From assembly GCA_017436915.1 (NCBI GenBank), contig JAFSCE010000013.1, forward strand, positions 16,028-48,027: a stretch of 32,000 nucleotides of DNA, given 5' to 3'. Position 1 is the first letter of the stretch, and each line of letters begins with the position of its first letter. Both the position numbers and the translations under genes were made by a program. This DNA comes from Clostridia bacterium (lineage in GTDB: Bacteria > Bacillota > Clostridia > Oscillospirales > Acutalibacteraceae). The notes under the pieces were generated by a model that worked only from the letters and a program-made list of their open reading frames with translations, had not been told where the DNA came from and made no database searches. Positions 16,203 through 24,566 of the stretch are shown here, piece by piece.

Positions 16203-17105
16203 TTACACCTCCAGCATATCGCCGGCCGTATAGCCGAGCGCTTCCATTTCATAGGTAAAGACCTCTTCAAGCGACAAAGGGAGTACGTCCAACAGCACGG
16301 GGGACAGGGCAGATAATTGTGCCACCGTTTCCTCGCGGTCACCGCGCACGATGAGGTTGGCGACGGAACCGCGTTTGACAAAATTCAGAATATTCAACGC
16401 GGCGAGATCTTCTTCGCCAAACTCATGATTAAACGCGATCTGCACCTTGAACAGCGAAGTCTTCAAGTTGCCGATATCGCTTTCCAAGACCAGTCCACCT
16501 TTATGCAAAAGCGCCAGTTGATCGCACGTATCCTCCAATTCGCGCAAGGAATGGGACGTAATGATCGCGGTCGCGCCGCGCTCCAGCACGTCCTCACAGA
16601 TCAGATTTTTCACTACGTTGCGCATGATCGGGTCAAGTCCGTCAAAGGTCTCGTCAAAGAAAATGTATTGCGGGTGGGTGGAAAGCGCCAAAATGGTCGC
16701 CGCTTGCCGTTTCATACCTTTAGAAAACGTATTGATCGCTTTTTTGGGATCCAAATTAAACGTTTTGGTAAGCTTTTGAAATCGCATTCTGTCAAAATCA
16801 GGGTGAACCGCTGCGTATAAGTCTGCCATACGGTTCATAGAAGCACCGGCAAGGAAAAATAAACCGTCCGGCACGTACGCGATCTCGCGCTTTTTGCCGG
16901 GGTTTTCATAGATGGGTTGCCCGTCGATGAGAACCGTACCGGCATCCGGACGGTACACACCGGTGATTGCGCGCAAAAAGGTGGATTTACCGGCACCGTT
17001 CGAGCCGACCATACCGTACACACAACCCTCCGGGATGGTGCAGGAAATGCTGTCCAGTGCGACGAAATCGCCAAATTTCTTCGTTAGGTTTTGCGCCTGG
17101 ATCAT
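16203..17105 (-). CDS. ABC transporter ATP-binding protein (ABC-2/DrrA-like, with C-terminal extension)
   Basis: Walker A GSNGAGKST, signature-like FSKGMKRQ, Walker B YIFFDETFDGLD, H-loop ITSHSL. The start overlaps the regulator stop (ATGA). Confidence 0.88.
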   Translation of the reverse strand: MIQAQNLTKKFGDFVALDSISCTIPEGCVYGMVGSNGAGKSTFLRAITGVYRPDAGTVLIDGQPIYENPGKKREIAYVPDGLFFLAGASMNRMADLYAAVHPDFDRMRFQKLTKTFNLDPKKAINTFSKGMKRQAATILALSTHPQYIFFDETFDGLDPIMRNVVKNLICEDVLERGATAIITSHSLRELEDTCDQLALLHKGGLVLESDIGNLKTSLFKVQIAFNHEFGEEDLAALNILNFVKRGSVANLIVRGDREETVAQLSALSPVLLDVLPLSLEEVFTYEMEALGYTAGDMLEV

Positions 17106-17482
17106 AAAGTTACACCTCTTTCTTTATAGATAGTATGAATACAATCGATGAGTTCTTCCTCGGGGATACCGGCAAGCGCCAGATCATCTGCTAATTGCCG
17201 CAACGAATCCAATTTCCGACGCATATGCGCCTGCAATACCTCGGCTGCGTTTTTGGCCACAAAGCAGCCGATACCGGGAACGGAATAGATAATGCCGCGC
17301 GTATCCAAATCGGAATAGGCCTTTTGGATCGTGTTGGGATTGATGGACAGCTCCAGTGACAAGCTGCGCACAGAAGGCAACTGTGAGTCCGCGGGTAACA
17401 GACCGGTCAGCACCAGCTTCTCCAGTTGCTCAATTAATTGCTCGTACACGGGCTGCCGTGATAAGGGGTCGATCCGGAACAT
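17102..17482 (-). CDS. GntR-family transcriptional regulator, YtrA-like (short, winged-helix only)
   Basis: 126 aa. QPVYEQLIEQLEKLVLTGLL..G.QLPSVRSLSLELSINPNTIQKAYSDLDTRGIIYSVPGIGCFV is the classic GntR winged HTH, and the C-terminal region is too short for an effector domain. Confidence 0.85.
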   Translation of the reverse strand: MFRIDPLSRQPVYEQLIEQLEKLVLTGLLPADSQLPSVRSLSLELSINPNTIQKAYSDLDTRGIIYSVPGIGCFVAKNAAEVLQAHMRRKLDSLRQLADDLALAGIPEEELIDCIHTIYKERGVTL

Positions 17483-17518
17483 ACCTTTCCTCCTTTCGGG
17501 AAATGTTTACCCGATATA

Positions 17519-17543
17519 GGTGTACTATGTCGGGTAGTACACC
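17519..17543. promoter_or_regulatory. Candidate operator: 9-bp perfect inverted repeat GGTGTACTA-N7-TAGTACACC
   Basis: Read directly from the sequence. It lies between the predicted -10 (17547-17552) and the regulator start codon (17482). Confidence 0.6.
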
Positions 17544-17546
17544 TTG

Positions 17547-17575
17547 AGTATAGCAGACCCCTTGACGTCTGTCAA
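17547..17575 (-). promoter_or_regulatory. SigA-type promoter of the GntR-ABC operon
   Basis: On the - strand: TTGACA (17575-17570), 17-nt spacer, TATACT (17552-17547). The -35 element sits inside the hairpin that follows tatD. Confidence 0.6.
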
Positions 17576-17580
17576 GGGGT
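17557..17580 (-). terminator. Hairpin after tatD (no U-tract; terminator function uncertain)
   Basis: 10-bp stem ACCCCTTGAC / GTCAAGGGGT with a 4-nt loop, 14 nt after the tatD stop at 17595. Confidence 0.4.
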
Positions 17581-17594
17581 CGTGGAAAAATTTT

Positions 17595-18362
17595 TCAGAG
17601 CGAAATGCCGTAGAGTGCACATGCGTTGTTAACGCCCAAGTGAAGCACTTCCTCGGTAGAGACACCACGAATGTCGGCGATGGTCTCCGCCGTAAACCGA
17701 ATCATGGAAGAATCACAGCGATGACCGCGGTGGGGAACGGGTGCTAAATACGGTGCATCGGTTTCGAGTAACAACCGATCTTTCGGCACCATCGCCGCGA
17801 CTTCCACTAACTTGCGGGCATTCTTAAACGTGACCACACCGCCGATACCGATATACATACCGAGTTTTAGTACTTCTTTTGCCGTTTCAACACTCCCGGA
17901 AAAGCAATGCACCACACCGCGCGGCTTGTATTCTTTAAGCAAAGCTACGGTATCCTCGTGTGCCTCGCGGTCGTGGATGACGACCGGCAGATCCAACTTG
18001 TTAGCCAGTTCCAGTTGACGGCGAAACCACAATTCCTGTAGGTCGCGGGGGCAGTATTCCTCGTAATGGTAATCCAGCCCGATCTCACCGATTGCGACAA
18101 CCTTTTCATCCGCCGCCAACCGACGGAGAATATCCAGATCCCCGTCGGCTGCCTCTGCCGCTTGTTCGGGATGAATACCGACGGTGGCATAGAGATGGGG
18201 AAAGCGGCGTGCCAGTTCTATCGCCTTTTGCGAACTTTCCACGGCGGTAGCGGCTTCGATGATACCGCAAACGTCGGCGGAAAATAGGTTTTCTAATAGC
18301 GCATCGCGGTCCTCGTCAAACGAGCTGTCCAGATAATGCGCGTGTGAATCAAAAATAGGCAT
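17595..18362 (-). CDS. TatD-family metal-dependent hydrolase/DNase
   Basis: MPIFDSHAHY..., internal ..IGEIGLDYH.., ..VIHDREAHED.., ..HCFSG.., ..LLLETDAPYL. I chose ATG 18362 as the start (GAGG 8 nt upstream) because the longer ORF start at 18389 lies inside the metG terminator hairpin. The metG-tatD order matches other Firmicutes. Confidence 0.85.
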   Translation of the reverse strand: MPIFDSHAHYLDSSFDEDRDALLENLFSADVCGIIEAATAVESSQKAIELARRFPHLYATVGIHPEQAAEAADGDLDILRRLAADEKVVAIGEIGLDYHYEEYCPRDLQELWFRRQLELANKLDLPVVIHDREAHEDTVALLKEYKPRGVVHCFSGSVETAKEVLKLGMYIGIGGVVTFKNARKLVEVAAMVPKDRLLLETDAPYLAPVPHRGHRCDSSMIRFTAETIADIRGVSTEEVLHLGVNNACALYGISL

Positions 18363-18374
18363 AATAAACCTCGT

Positions 18375-18404
18375 AAAAACGGAGCGCATGAGAGCGCTCC
18401 GTTT
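18375..18404 (-). terminator. Intrinsic terminator after metG
   Basis: On the - strand: GGAGCGC-TCTCAT-GCGCTCC followed by GTTTTT. The stem extends with AAAC/GTTT. Confidence 0.7.
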
Positions 18405-18409
18405 GGTAA

Positions 18410-20341
18410 TTAATGAATTTGAGCGCCGGGTTTTAAACCGTCCACAAAGATAACCTTTGCAGCATCACCGTCATCGGCGGCAAGGATCATACCGCAGCTT
18501 TCCACACCACAAAGTGTGGCGGGCTTTAAGTTCGCCACAACGATAATGGAACGACCTTTTAACTCATCGGGCGTGTACCATAACGCAATGCCCGATGCTA
18601 CTGTGCGGGGTGTCCCACTGCCGTCATCCAAGGTCAGTTTCAAAAGCTTTTTCGCTTTTTTAATCGGCTCACAGTCCACGATCTTGGCAACGCGCAGATC
18701 TACTTTGGCAAACTCGTCAATGGTGATCTGCGGCAAAAATGCCACATTCTCCGCCGCTTCTTCCGCAGCGGCTTTGGCTTCTTGCTCCGCCGCGATCTCG
18801 GCGAGTGCCTTTTCCACGTCAATGCGGGCAAAGAGCGGCTCGGGCGTGCCGACGGTGTACGAATCAACAGCGCCGAAACGGAGGGCGTCGAGATCCAACG
18901 CGGTCACGTTCATCTGTGCGGCGATCTTATCAGCCGTTTCCGGTAAGAAAGGACGTAGGCAGATGGCCAACATGCGGATGCACTCCAACAGATTATACAG
19001 CACCGTTTCCAGACGGTCACGATCGTCCTCGTTTTTCGCGAGCACCCACGGGGTGGTCTCGTCAATATACTTGTTGCAACGCTTAGCAAGAGTGAGCACC
19101 GTTTGTGCCGCTTCCGCGTTGTGATAGGTGTCCATAAGTTCGGTATACTGCTGTACCGTTTGCGCGGCAAGCGTCAGCAATTCACCGTCGGTCTCGCCAC
19201 CGGCGACACCGTTTGCTTTCACCGTACCGCCGAAATACTTATTGGTCATGGCAATACTGCGGTTGACAAGGTTCCCCAGCGTGTTGGCAAGATCTGCATT
19301 GTAGAGGTTTAGGAAACTCTCGTAGGTGATGGTGCCGTCCTGCGCAAAGGGAATCTCGGAGAGAAGATAATACCGCACGGCATCCGTACCGAATTTATCG
19401 GCCAACTCATCCGCATACAATACGTTACCCTTGGACTTGCTCATCTTATCCTCGCCCGATAACAGCCACGGATGTCCAAGCACCTGCTTGGGTAACGGCA
19501 GACCGAGCGCCATCAAGATGATGGGCCAGTAGATGGTGTGGAAACGCACGATGTCCTTACCGATCACGTGCAGGTCGGCCGGCCAGTATTTGTTATACAG
19601 TTCACCGCTGCCGTCGGGATGATACCCAATACCGGTGATATAGTTAGAGAGCGCATCCAACCACACGTAGGTGACGTGCTTCGGATCAAACGATACCGGA
19701 ATACCCCAGGTAAACGAGGTGCGTGATACGCACAGATCAGACAGACCCGGCTTTAAGAAGTTGTTGATCATCTCGTTGCGTCGGGAATCCGGCTTGATGA
19801 AATCGGGGTTTTCCTCGTAGTATTTGAGCAACTGATCCTGATACTTGGATAAACGCAGAAAATACGCTTCCTCGCTTGCATCCACGACCTCACGGCCGCA
19901 ATCGGGGCATTTGCCGTCTTTAAGTTGCGAGGGGGTGAAGAAGGATTCGCAGGGGACACAGTATTTTCCTTCGTATTTACCCTTATAAATATCGCCCTGC
20001 TCGTACAGCTTTTTGAAGATCGCCTGCACCGCAGATTCGTGATCCGCGTCGGTGGTGCGGATAAAGCGATCGTACGAGGTGCCCAGTTTATCCCAAACTT
20101 CTTTGATCTGTGCGGCAACGCCGTCTACGTATTCTTTCGGAGAAATGCCTTGTTCCTCCGCGTATTGTTGAATTTTCTGACCGTGTTCATCGGAGCCCGT
20201 CAAAAAATGCACATCGAAGCCCTGCATTCGCTTGTACCGCGCGATCATATCCGCGAGCACGATATCGTACGCGTTGCCGATATGCGGTTTGCGTGAGGTG
20301 TAAGCGATGGCAGTTGTGATGTAAAATTTCTTGTTTTCCAT
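18410..20341 (-). CDS. metG: Methionine--tRNA ligase with C-terminal tRNA-binding (Trbp111/EMAP-like) domain
   Basis: HIGH-type motif KPHIGNAY, KMSKS motif (DKMSKSKGN), zinc knuckles CVPCESF / CPDCG, C-terminal LRVAKIV..KLLKL..D.G...R.V.SGI domain. Start at ATG 20341 (MENKKFYITT), after a GGAGG RBS. Confidence 0.93.
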   Translation of the reverse strand: MENKKFYITTAIAYTSRKPHIGNAYDIVLADMIARYKRMQGFDVHFLTGSDEHGQKIQQYAEEQGISPKEYVDGVAAQIKEVWDKLGTSYDRFIRTTDADHESAVQAIFKKLYEQGDIYKGKYEGKYCVPCESFFTPSQLKDGKCPDCGREVVDASEEAYFLRLSKYQDQLLKYYEENPDFIKPDSRRNEMINNFLKPGLSDLCVSRTSFTWGIPVSFDPKHVTYVWLDALSNYITGIGYHPDGSGELYNKYWPADLHVIGKDIVRFHTIYWPIILMALGLPLPKQVLGHPWLLSGEDKMSKSKGNVLYADELADKFGTDAVRYYLLSEIPFAQDGTITYESFLNLYNADLANTLGNLVNRSIAMTNKYFGGTVKANGVAGGETDGELLTLAAQTVQQYTELMDTYHNAEAAQTVLTLAKRCNKYIDETTPWVLAKNEDDRDRLETVLYNLLECIRMLAICLRPFLPETADKIAAQMNVTALDLDALRFGAVDSYTVGTPEPLFARIDVEKALAEIAAEQEAKAAAEEAAENVAFLPQITIDEFAKVDLRVAKIVDCEPIKKAKKLLKLTLDDGSGTPRTVASGIALWYTPDELKGRSIIVVANLKPATLCGVESCGMILAADDGDAAKVIFVDGLKPGAQIH

Positions 20342-20372
20342 GGAAATGGCCTCCTTTTTGCATACAGTATTT

Positions 20373-20400
20373 ATTTTAACAGATTTTAGTAAAAAAACAA
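20373..20400 (-). promoter_or_regulatory. Candidate promoter of metG (extended -10)
   Basis: On the - strand: TTGTTT (20400-20395), 16-nt spacer ending in TGT, TAAAAT (20378-20373). Confidence 0.4.
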
Positions 20401-20416
20401 GCATTTCTTCACTGAC

Positions 20417-20445
20417 TTGCATTTTTTCTTAAAAACCCGTATAAT
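20417..20445 (+). promoter_or_regulatory. SigA-type promoter of the pseudouridine synthase-luxS operon
   Basis: TTGCAT (20417-20422), 17-nt spacer, TATAAT (20440-20445). Confidence 0.55.
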
Positions 20446-20466
20446 ACAACCGCATCGGAGGTGCTT

Positions 20467-21351
20467 ATGAGCGAGATGAAGTTTACCGTCCCGCCCGAGT
20501 ACGACGGGGAATCGGTACAGACCTTTTTGAGGCAATGCCATGGCTTTTCGTGGCGCATGGTTGTACGTCTCAAACATACGGAAAACGGAATCACGGTAAA
20601 CGGACAACTGCGCCGCAGTATCGACCGCATCCGCACCGGTGAAGAGCTGGTATTGCGATTGCCGGAGGATGCTATCCGCGTGGAAGAATCAGATCTTCCG
20701 CTGAACGTCGTTTACGAGGACGATTCGCTACTTGTGGTGGACAAACCGCCGTATCTGGCGGTGCACCCTTCGGCGTTCAAGCCGGAGCCGACGCTCGCGA
20801 ATGTGGTGGTTGGCTATTACGCAAAGCACGGACAGTCACATGCGTTTCGCCCCACTAATCGATTGGATCGCAACACCAGTGGGTTATTGTTGACAGCCAA
20901 AAACGCGCACGTCGCTTATGCGCTTGCCCATAAAGTGGACAAGACCTATCTTGCCATTGTACTCGGGAAACTGGAAGGTGAGGGTGTGATCGATCAGCCC
21001 ATCCGTATAAAAGACGGGTGTACCATTACCCGTGAGGTGGGAGAGGGCGGCAAGGAAAGCCGCACGCACTATAAAGCACTCGCCACCGACGGCGAGATCA
21101 CGTTGGTGCGGTTGTGGCTGGAAACCGGAAGAACGCATCAAATTCGTGTACATATGTCCTGGCTCGGTTTCCCACTCGTCGGGGATACCATGTACGGCAC
21201 GGATGAAAGCATCTTACCGCGACATGCCCTGCACTGCGCCGAAATGGCGTTTACCCACCCACTAACTGGCGAGCGGGTGAAACTTTACAGCCCGTTACCG
21301 CCCGATATGAAGGAATGTCTTGCAAAACACGGCTTGGAGGAATTTGCATGA
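20467..21351 (+). CDS. RluA-family 23S rRNA/tRNA pseudouridine synthase with N-terminal S4-like domain
   Basis: Catalytic motif NRLDRNTSGLLL plus THQIRVH. Start at ATG 20467, 5-6 nt after GGAGG. Confidence 0.85.
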   Translation: MSEMKFTVPPEYDGESVQTFLRQCHGFSWRMVVRLKHTENGITVNGQLRRSIDRIRTGEELVLRLPEDAIRVEESDLPLNVVYEDDSLLVVDKPPYLAVHPSAFKPEPTLANVVVGYYAKHGQSHAFRPTNRLDRNTSGLLLTAKNAHVAYALAHKVDKTYLAIVLGKLEGEGVIDQPIRIKDGCTITREVGEGGKESRTHYKALATDGEITLVRLWLETGRTHQIRVHMSWLGFPLVGDTMYGTDESILPRHALHCAEMAFTHPLTGERVKLYSPLPPDMKECLAKHGLEEFA

Positions 21352-21806
21352 AACAAATCAAAAGCTTTCAAATCAATCACGATACCCTTACCGAGGGGTT
21401 GTATATTTCCCGAACGGACGGTGACGTGGTCACCTATGATCTGCGTTTTGTACGTCCTAACACGCCGCCGTTTTTGGAGACGGCGGCAATGCACACCATT
21501 GAGCATCTGTTTGCTACCTATGTGCGCAGTAGCAGATATGAGGATAAGATCGTGTATTTCGGCCCGATGGGTTGCCGCACGGGATTTTATTTTCTCACGC
21601 GCGGCATGACACACGAAGAGGTTATTCGTCTGACAAAGGAAACGCTTGACTTTATTGCCGACTACACGGGTGCCATTCCCGGCGCTACCAAAATTGAGTG
21701 TGGAAACTATTTGGAACATGACCTTGAAACCGCGCGAAAATATGCTGCTGTACAGGCAAGGATTCTGAAAGACTGGACGGTTGATCGCCTGCAATATCCC
21801 GCGTAA
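21348..21806 (+). CDS. luxS: S-ribosylhomocysteine lyase LuxS
   Basis: Metal-site motif HTIEH, GPMGCRTGFY, and about 152 aa. The ATG overlaps the upstream stop (ATGA at 21348-21351). Confidence 0.9.
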   Translation: MKQIKSFQINHDTLTEGLYISRTDGDVVTYDLRFVRPNTPPFLETAAMHTIEHLFATYVRSSRYEDKIVYFGPMGCRTGFYFLTRGMTHEEVIRLTKETLDFIADYTGAIPGATKIECGNYLEHDLETARKYAAVQARILKDWTVDRLQYPA

Positions 21807-21807
21807 T

Positions 21808-21836
21808 TTGCTTTTTTCGACAAAATGTGATATACT
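21808..21836 (+). promoter_or_regulatory. Candidate extended -10 promoter of the M23 peptidase gene
   Basis: TTGCTT (21808-21813), 17-nt spacer ending in TGA, TATACT (21831-21836). Confidence 0.5.
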
Positions 21837-21869
21837 ATCCACGTTAATGCGGAAAGGAGGTGCCGATTG

Positions 21870-23381
21870 ATGTTGGATCACCAAAGGATAAAATCGTGGT
21901 TTGAAACCGTTTATATGCTATGCTTTACCGTCGGTGTTCGATCCATTCGGTGCCTCAAAGCATTGGTACGGTTTACACGCTTGATATGGGCGCCGATTGC
22001 CCACACGTTGCGCCGCGTATTGGAGTGGTTGTTACTGCGCCATCTGCGCAAATTGTGGACGGAGTGGCATCGTATCTCCAAAGATTATCGCTTAGCACGC
22101 GAACACATGCAGGAAACCGCACGTGACGATCGTCGCCGTGCCTTTTTGCAACTGTTAGCCATGCCGATAGTGGCGATTCGCCGTCATCGCGGCGTATTTC
22201 GGGCTGCCCTCAACGTTGCACTTCCCGTGCTGGCAACGGTGGTATTGGTGCTTACCGTACAGTATTGGCTGGGTGCGGAGTTCGCACTGGCACTCAAATA
22301 TCAAGGCACCCCGATCGGTTATATTGCCGACGAGGGCGTGTATGCCAACGCCGCAACCATCGTGCGCGGCACGATTATTAACTCGGATAATTCCTTTGTT
22401 GTCGAACAAGCGCCGGACCTACACGTGGAGGTGCTGAATGCCGATACGACCTTAGGTGAGCAGGAGGTCAGCGATCGCATCATCGCGGCAATCGGTGACG
22501 AGCTGACACAAGCCGCCGGGTTATTTGTGGACGGCGTGTTCCACGGTGCCTTACCTACCCGCAGTGAGTTGCAGGGGCAGATGGATGCCGTGTTATCCGT
22601 TCATAAAACGGATAAGGTAGACGGCGTCGGATTTTTCGCTCAAACACAGATCGTGGAGGGGTTGTACCCGACGGCGTCGCTTACAACGGCGGCTCGTATG
22701 AAAGCGTATTTAAAAACCCTTACCGTTCAAACGATGCGTAACATTGAATATACCGAAGCAATCAAATATAAAACGGTATATCAAGAAAGCGCAACGTTGC
22801 CGCTCGGTTTTGAAAGCGTACAGCAACCGGGCAAAAACGGTAAGCAGCATGTTTATGCACAGGAGATCTACGTCAACGGTGTGAAAAAATATCAAACGGT
22901 TGTTTCGGTTGAAGTCCTTCAAGAGCCCGTTGACCGCGTGGTTTCGATCGGCGCGCAGAAATATAATGAATCTACCGAGCTTGGCGACGGTAAAGCCACC
23001 GGTACTTTTATCTGGCCGTTGCCGTATACCAAAACGATCTCCTCGCCGTTTGCATCGCGTTGGGGTTCTTTCCACGGAGCCATTGATATTGCCAACGGCA
23101 GTACCAACGGGAAACCCATCATTGCCACGGACGGCGGTACCGTCGTCAAAGCGGAATATCACAGCAGTTGGGGAAATTACGTGCTGATCGACCACGGGAA
23201 CGGCTTTAAGACCCGTTATGCGCACTGCAGTAAGTTGGAAGTCAAGGAAGGGGACAAGGTCGCGCAAGGTCAATATATCGCTAAGGTCGGCAACACCGGC
23301 TATTCTTTTGGTGCACACTTGCATTTTGAGGTTATCAAAAACGGAGTTTTAGTCGATCCGCTCGATTACGTACAACGATAA
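21870..23381 (+). CDS. Membrane-anchored M23-family metallopeptidase with G5-like domain
   Basis: C-terminal M23 motifs HGAIDI and GAHLHFEV. A G5-like segment is present (..YQESATLPLGFESVQQPGKNGKQHVY..VLQEPVDRVVSIG). One TM helix (ALNVALPVLATVVLVLTV) follows a basic N-terminal region of about 110 aa. A GGAGG RBS is present; the start could be TTG 21867 or ATG 21870. Confidence 0.85.
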   Translation: MLDHQRIKSWFETVYMLCFTVGVRSIRCLKALVRFTRLIWAPIAHTLRRVLEWLLLRHLRKLWTEWHRISKDYRLAREHMQETARDDRRRAFLQLLAMPIVAIRRHRGVFRAALNVALPVLATVVLVLTVQYWLGAEFALALKYQGTPIGYIADEGVYANAATIVRGTIINSDNSFVVEQAPDLHVEVLNADTTLGEQEVSDRIIAAIGDELTQAAGLFVDGVFHGALPTRSELQGQMDAVLSVHKTDKVDGVGFFAQTQIVEGLYPTASLTTAARMKAYLKTLTVQTMRNIEYTEAIKYKTVYQESATLPLGFESVQQPGKNGKQHVYAQEIYVNGVKKYQTVVSVEVLQEPVDRVVSIGAQKYNESTELGDGKATGTFIWPLPYTKTISSPFASRWGSFHGAIDIANGSTNGKPIIATDGGTVVKAEYHSSWGNYVLIDHGNGFKTRYAHCSKLEVKEGDKVAQGQYIAKVGNTGYSFGAHLHFEVIKNGVLVDPLDYVQR

Positions 23382-23383
23382 AA

Positions 23384-23414
23384 AATACACCGTCATGAGA
23401 AGGTGTATTTTTTT
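23384..23414 (+). terminator. Intrinsic terminator after the M23 peptidase gene
   Basis: AATACACC (23384-23391) / GGTGTATT (23402-23409), followed by a T-run. Confidence 0.7.
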
Positions 23415-23448
23415 GTGTGTTGGCAACACTCATGATGAGGTGTTGTGT

Positions 23449-23829
23449 ATGCGTAAATTTATTCGACTGTTTTGCATCGGTGGCGGTGCGTACAACTTAA
23501 TCGAAATACTGTGGCGCGGGCGTAGCCATTGGTCGATGTTTTTGGTGGGCGGCACGTGTTTTCATTTAATCGGCACCATCGGCACACGGCTTCGCCGTCA
23601 CGGTGTTTTCGTGATCGGTACCGCTTGCTCCGCCGCCGTGACCGCGGTAGAATATGTCAGCGGATGTCTTCTTAACCGCCGCTTAAAGTTGAATGTGTGG
23701 GATTACAGTAAACTACCCGCCAATCTCAATGGACAAGTCTGTTTACTTTACAGCGTATTATGGGGTGGATTGAGTCTGCTGGCATTGCCGGTATATCATC
23801 GAATGAACAAAAAAAGCAAGGTCAACTGA
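23449..23829 (+). CDS. Small 4-TM membrane protein (resembles the putative ABC-transporter type IV / CmpB-like DUF family; assigned from memory)
   Basis: 126 aa reading MRKFIRLFCIGGGAYNLIEILWRG.SHWSMFLVGG..F and ..EYVSGCLLN..L.L.VWDYS. Start at ATG 23449, after the terminator, with GAGG 8 nt upstream. Confidence 0.6.
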   Translation: MRKFIRLFCIGGGAYNLIEILWRGRSHWSMFLVGGTCFHLIGTIGTRLRRHGVFVIGTACSAAVTAVEYVSGCLLNRRLKLNVWDYSKLPANLNGQVCLLYSVLWGGLSLLALPVYHRMNKKSKVN

Positions 23830-23839
23830 CCTTGCTTTT
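23811..23839. terminator. Bidirectional hairpin overlapping both convergent stop codons (membrane protein / nth)
   Basis: AAAGCAAGGTCA / TGACCTTGCTTT near-perfect palindrome, with an A-run on the 5' side and a T-run on the 3' side. Confidence 0.65.
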
Positions 23840-24454
23840 ACAATGTTCTGAAAGAGGGCAATTATCGCATTTCGGTGAACGCGCTTCACACACCTCACGG
23901 CCGAACAGTACCAATCGATGACAAAAATCGTTGCTTTCCTCCGGCGGTAGAAGTTTGCGCAACTGATCCTCTACCTTGCGGGGATCTTTGGTATCGCACA
24001 GACCCAATCGATTGGCGATACGGATGCAGTGTGTGTCCGTAACAACGGCACCCGGCATGTGGTAAATATCGCCGCAAATGAGGTTGGCGGTTTTGCGGCC
24101 GACACCGGGCAGCGTGGTTAATGCTTCGATACTATCCGGTACCTTGCCGTAAAAGCGATCTCGTATTTGTTGTGCGATTGCCACAATATCCCGTGCTTTA
24201 GTCTTATACAACCCGCAGGAGTGGATATACGGCTCCACGTCCTCCGGCGCTGCCTCGGCAAATGCCTCCAATGTGGGAAAACGCTCAAACAGTGCCGGCG
24301 TGACCATATTTACACGCGCATCGGTGCATTGTGCGGACAAACGAACGGCGATGAGTAGCTGCAGGGGATTCTCTGATTCCAATGAACACTGCGCGCCGGG
24401 ATACCGCTCTTTGAGCTTTTCCACGGCAAACAGCGCCAACTCTTTTTTCTTCAT
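23822..24454 (-). CDS. nth: Endonuclease III (DNA glycosylase/AP lyase)
   Basis: HhH-GPD motif LPGVGRKTANL. The Fe-S cluster loop CEARSPKCDNCPLSEHC matches C-X6-C-X2-C-X5-C. Start at ATG 24454 after AGAGGTG. Confidence 0.9.
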   Translation of the reverse strand: MKKKELALFAVEKLKERYPGAQCSLESENPLQLLIAVRLSAQCTDARVNMVTPALFERFPTLEAFAEAAPEDVEPYIHSCGLYKTKARDIVAIAQQIRDRFYGKVPDSIEALTTLPGVGRKTANLICGDIYHMPGAVVTDTHCIRIANRLGLCDTKDPRKVEDQLRKLLPPEESNDFCHRLVLFGREVCEARSPKCDNCPLSEHCKSKVS

Positions 24455-24474
24455 GGCTTTCACCTCTATGCTAC

Positions 24475-24504
24475 CAGTGTATCATGTCGAAATTTCGGTG
24501 TCAA
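24475..24504 (-). promoter_or_regulatory. Candidate promoter of nth
   Basis: On the - strand: TTGACA (24504-24499), 18-nt spacer ending in TGA, TACACT (24480-24475). Confidence 0.4.
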
Positions 24505-24517
24505 CGCAAAAAGAAAC

Positions 24518-24546
24518 TTGCATAATAGTCCCAAATCCGCTATGAT
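24518..24546 (+). promoter_or_regulatory. SigA-type promoter of rarA
   Basis: TTGCAT (24518-24523), 17-nt spacer, TATGAT (24541-24546). Confidence 0.55.
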
Positions 24547-24566
24547 AATAGGCGGTAGGTGATAAC

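Noticed and set aside
20342-20466. Possible T-box leader upstream of metG.
   Set aside because: Only about 125 nt separate metG from the divergent gene, and after the predicted promoter only about 25 nt of leader remain. That is far too short for a T-box, and I saw no specifier or T-box sequence.
21285-21884. 199-aa ORF on the - strand covering luxS.
   Set aside because: It is antisense to a gene with the clear LuxS metal-site motifs (HTIEH, GCRTGFY). It has no motif and no RBS, so I treat it as a shadow ORF.
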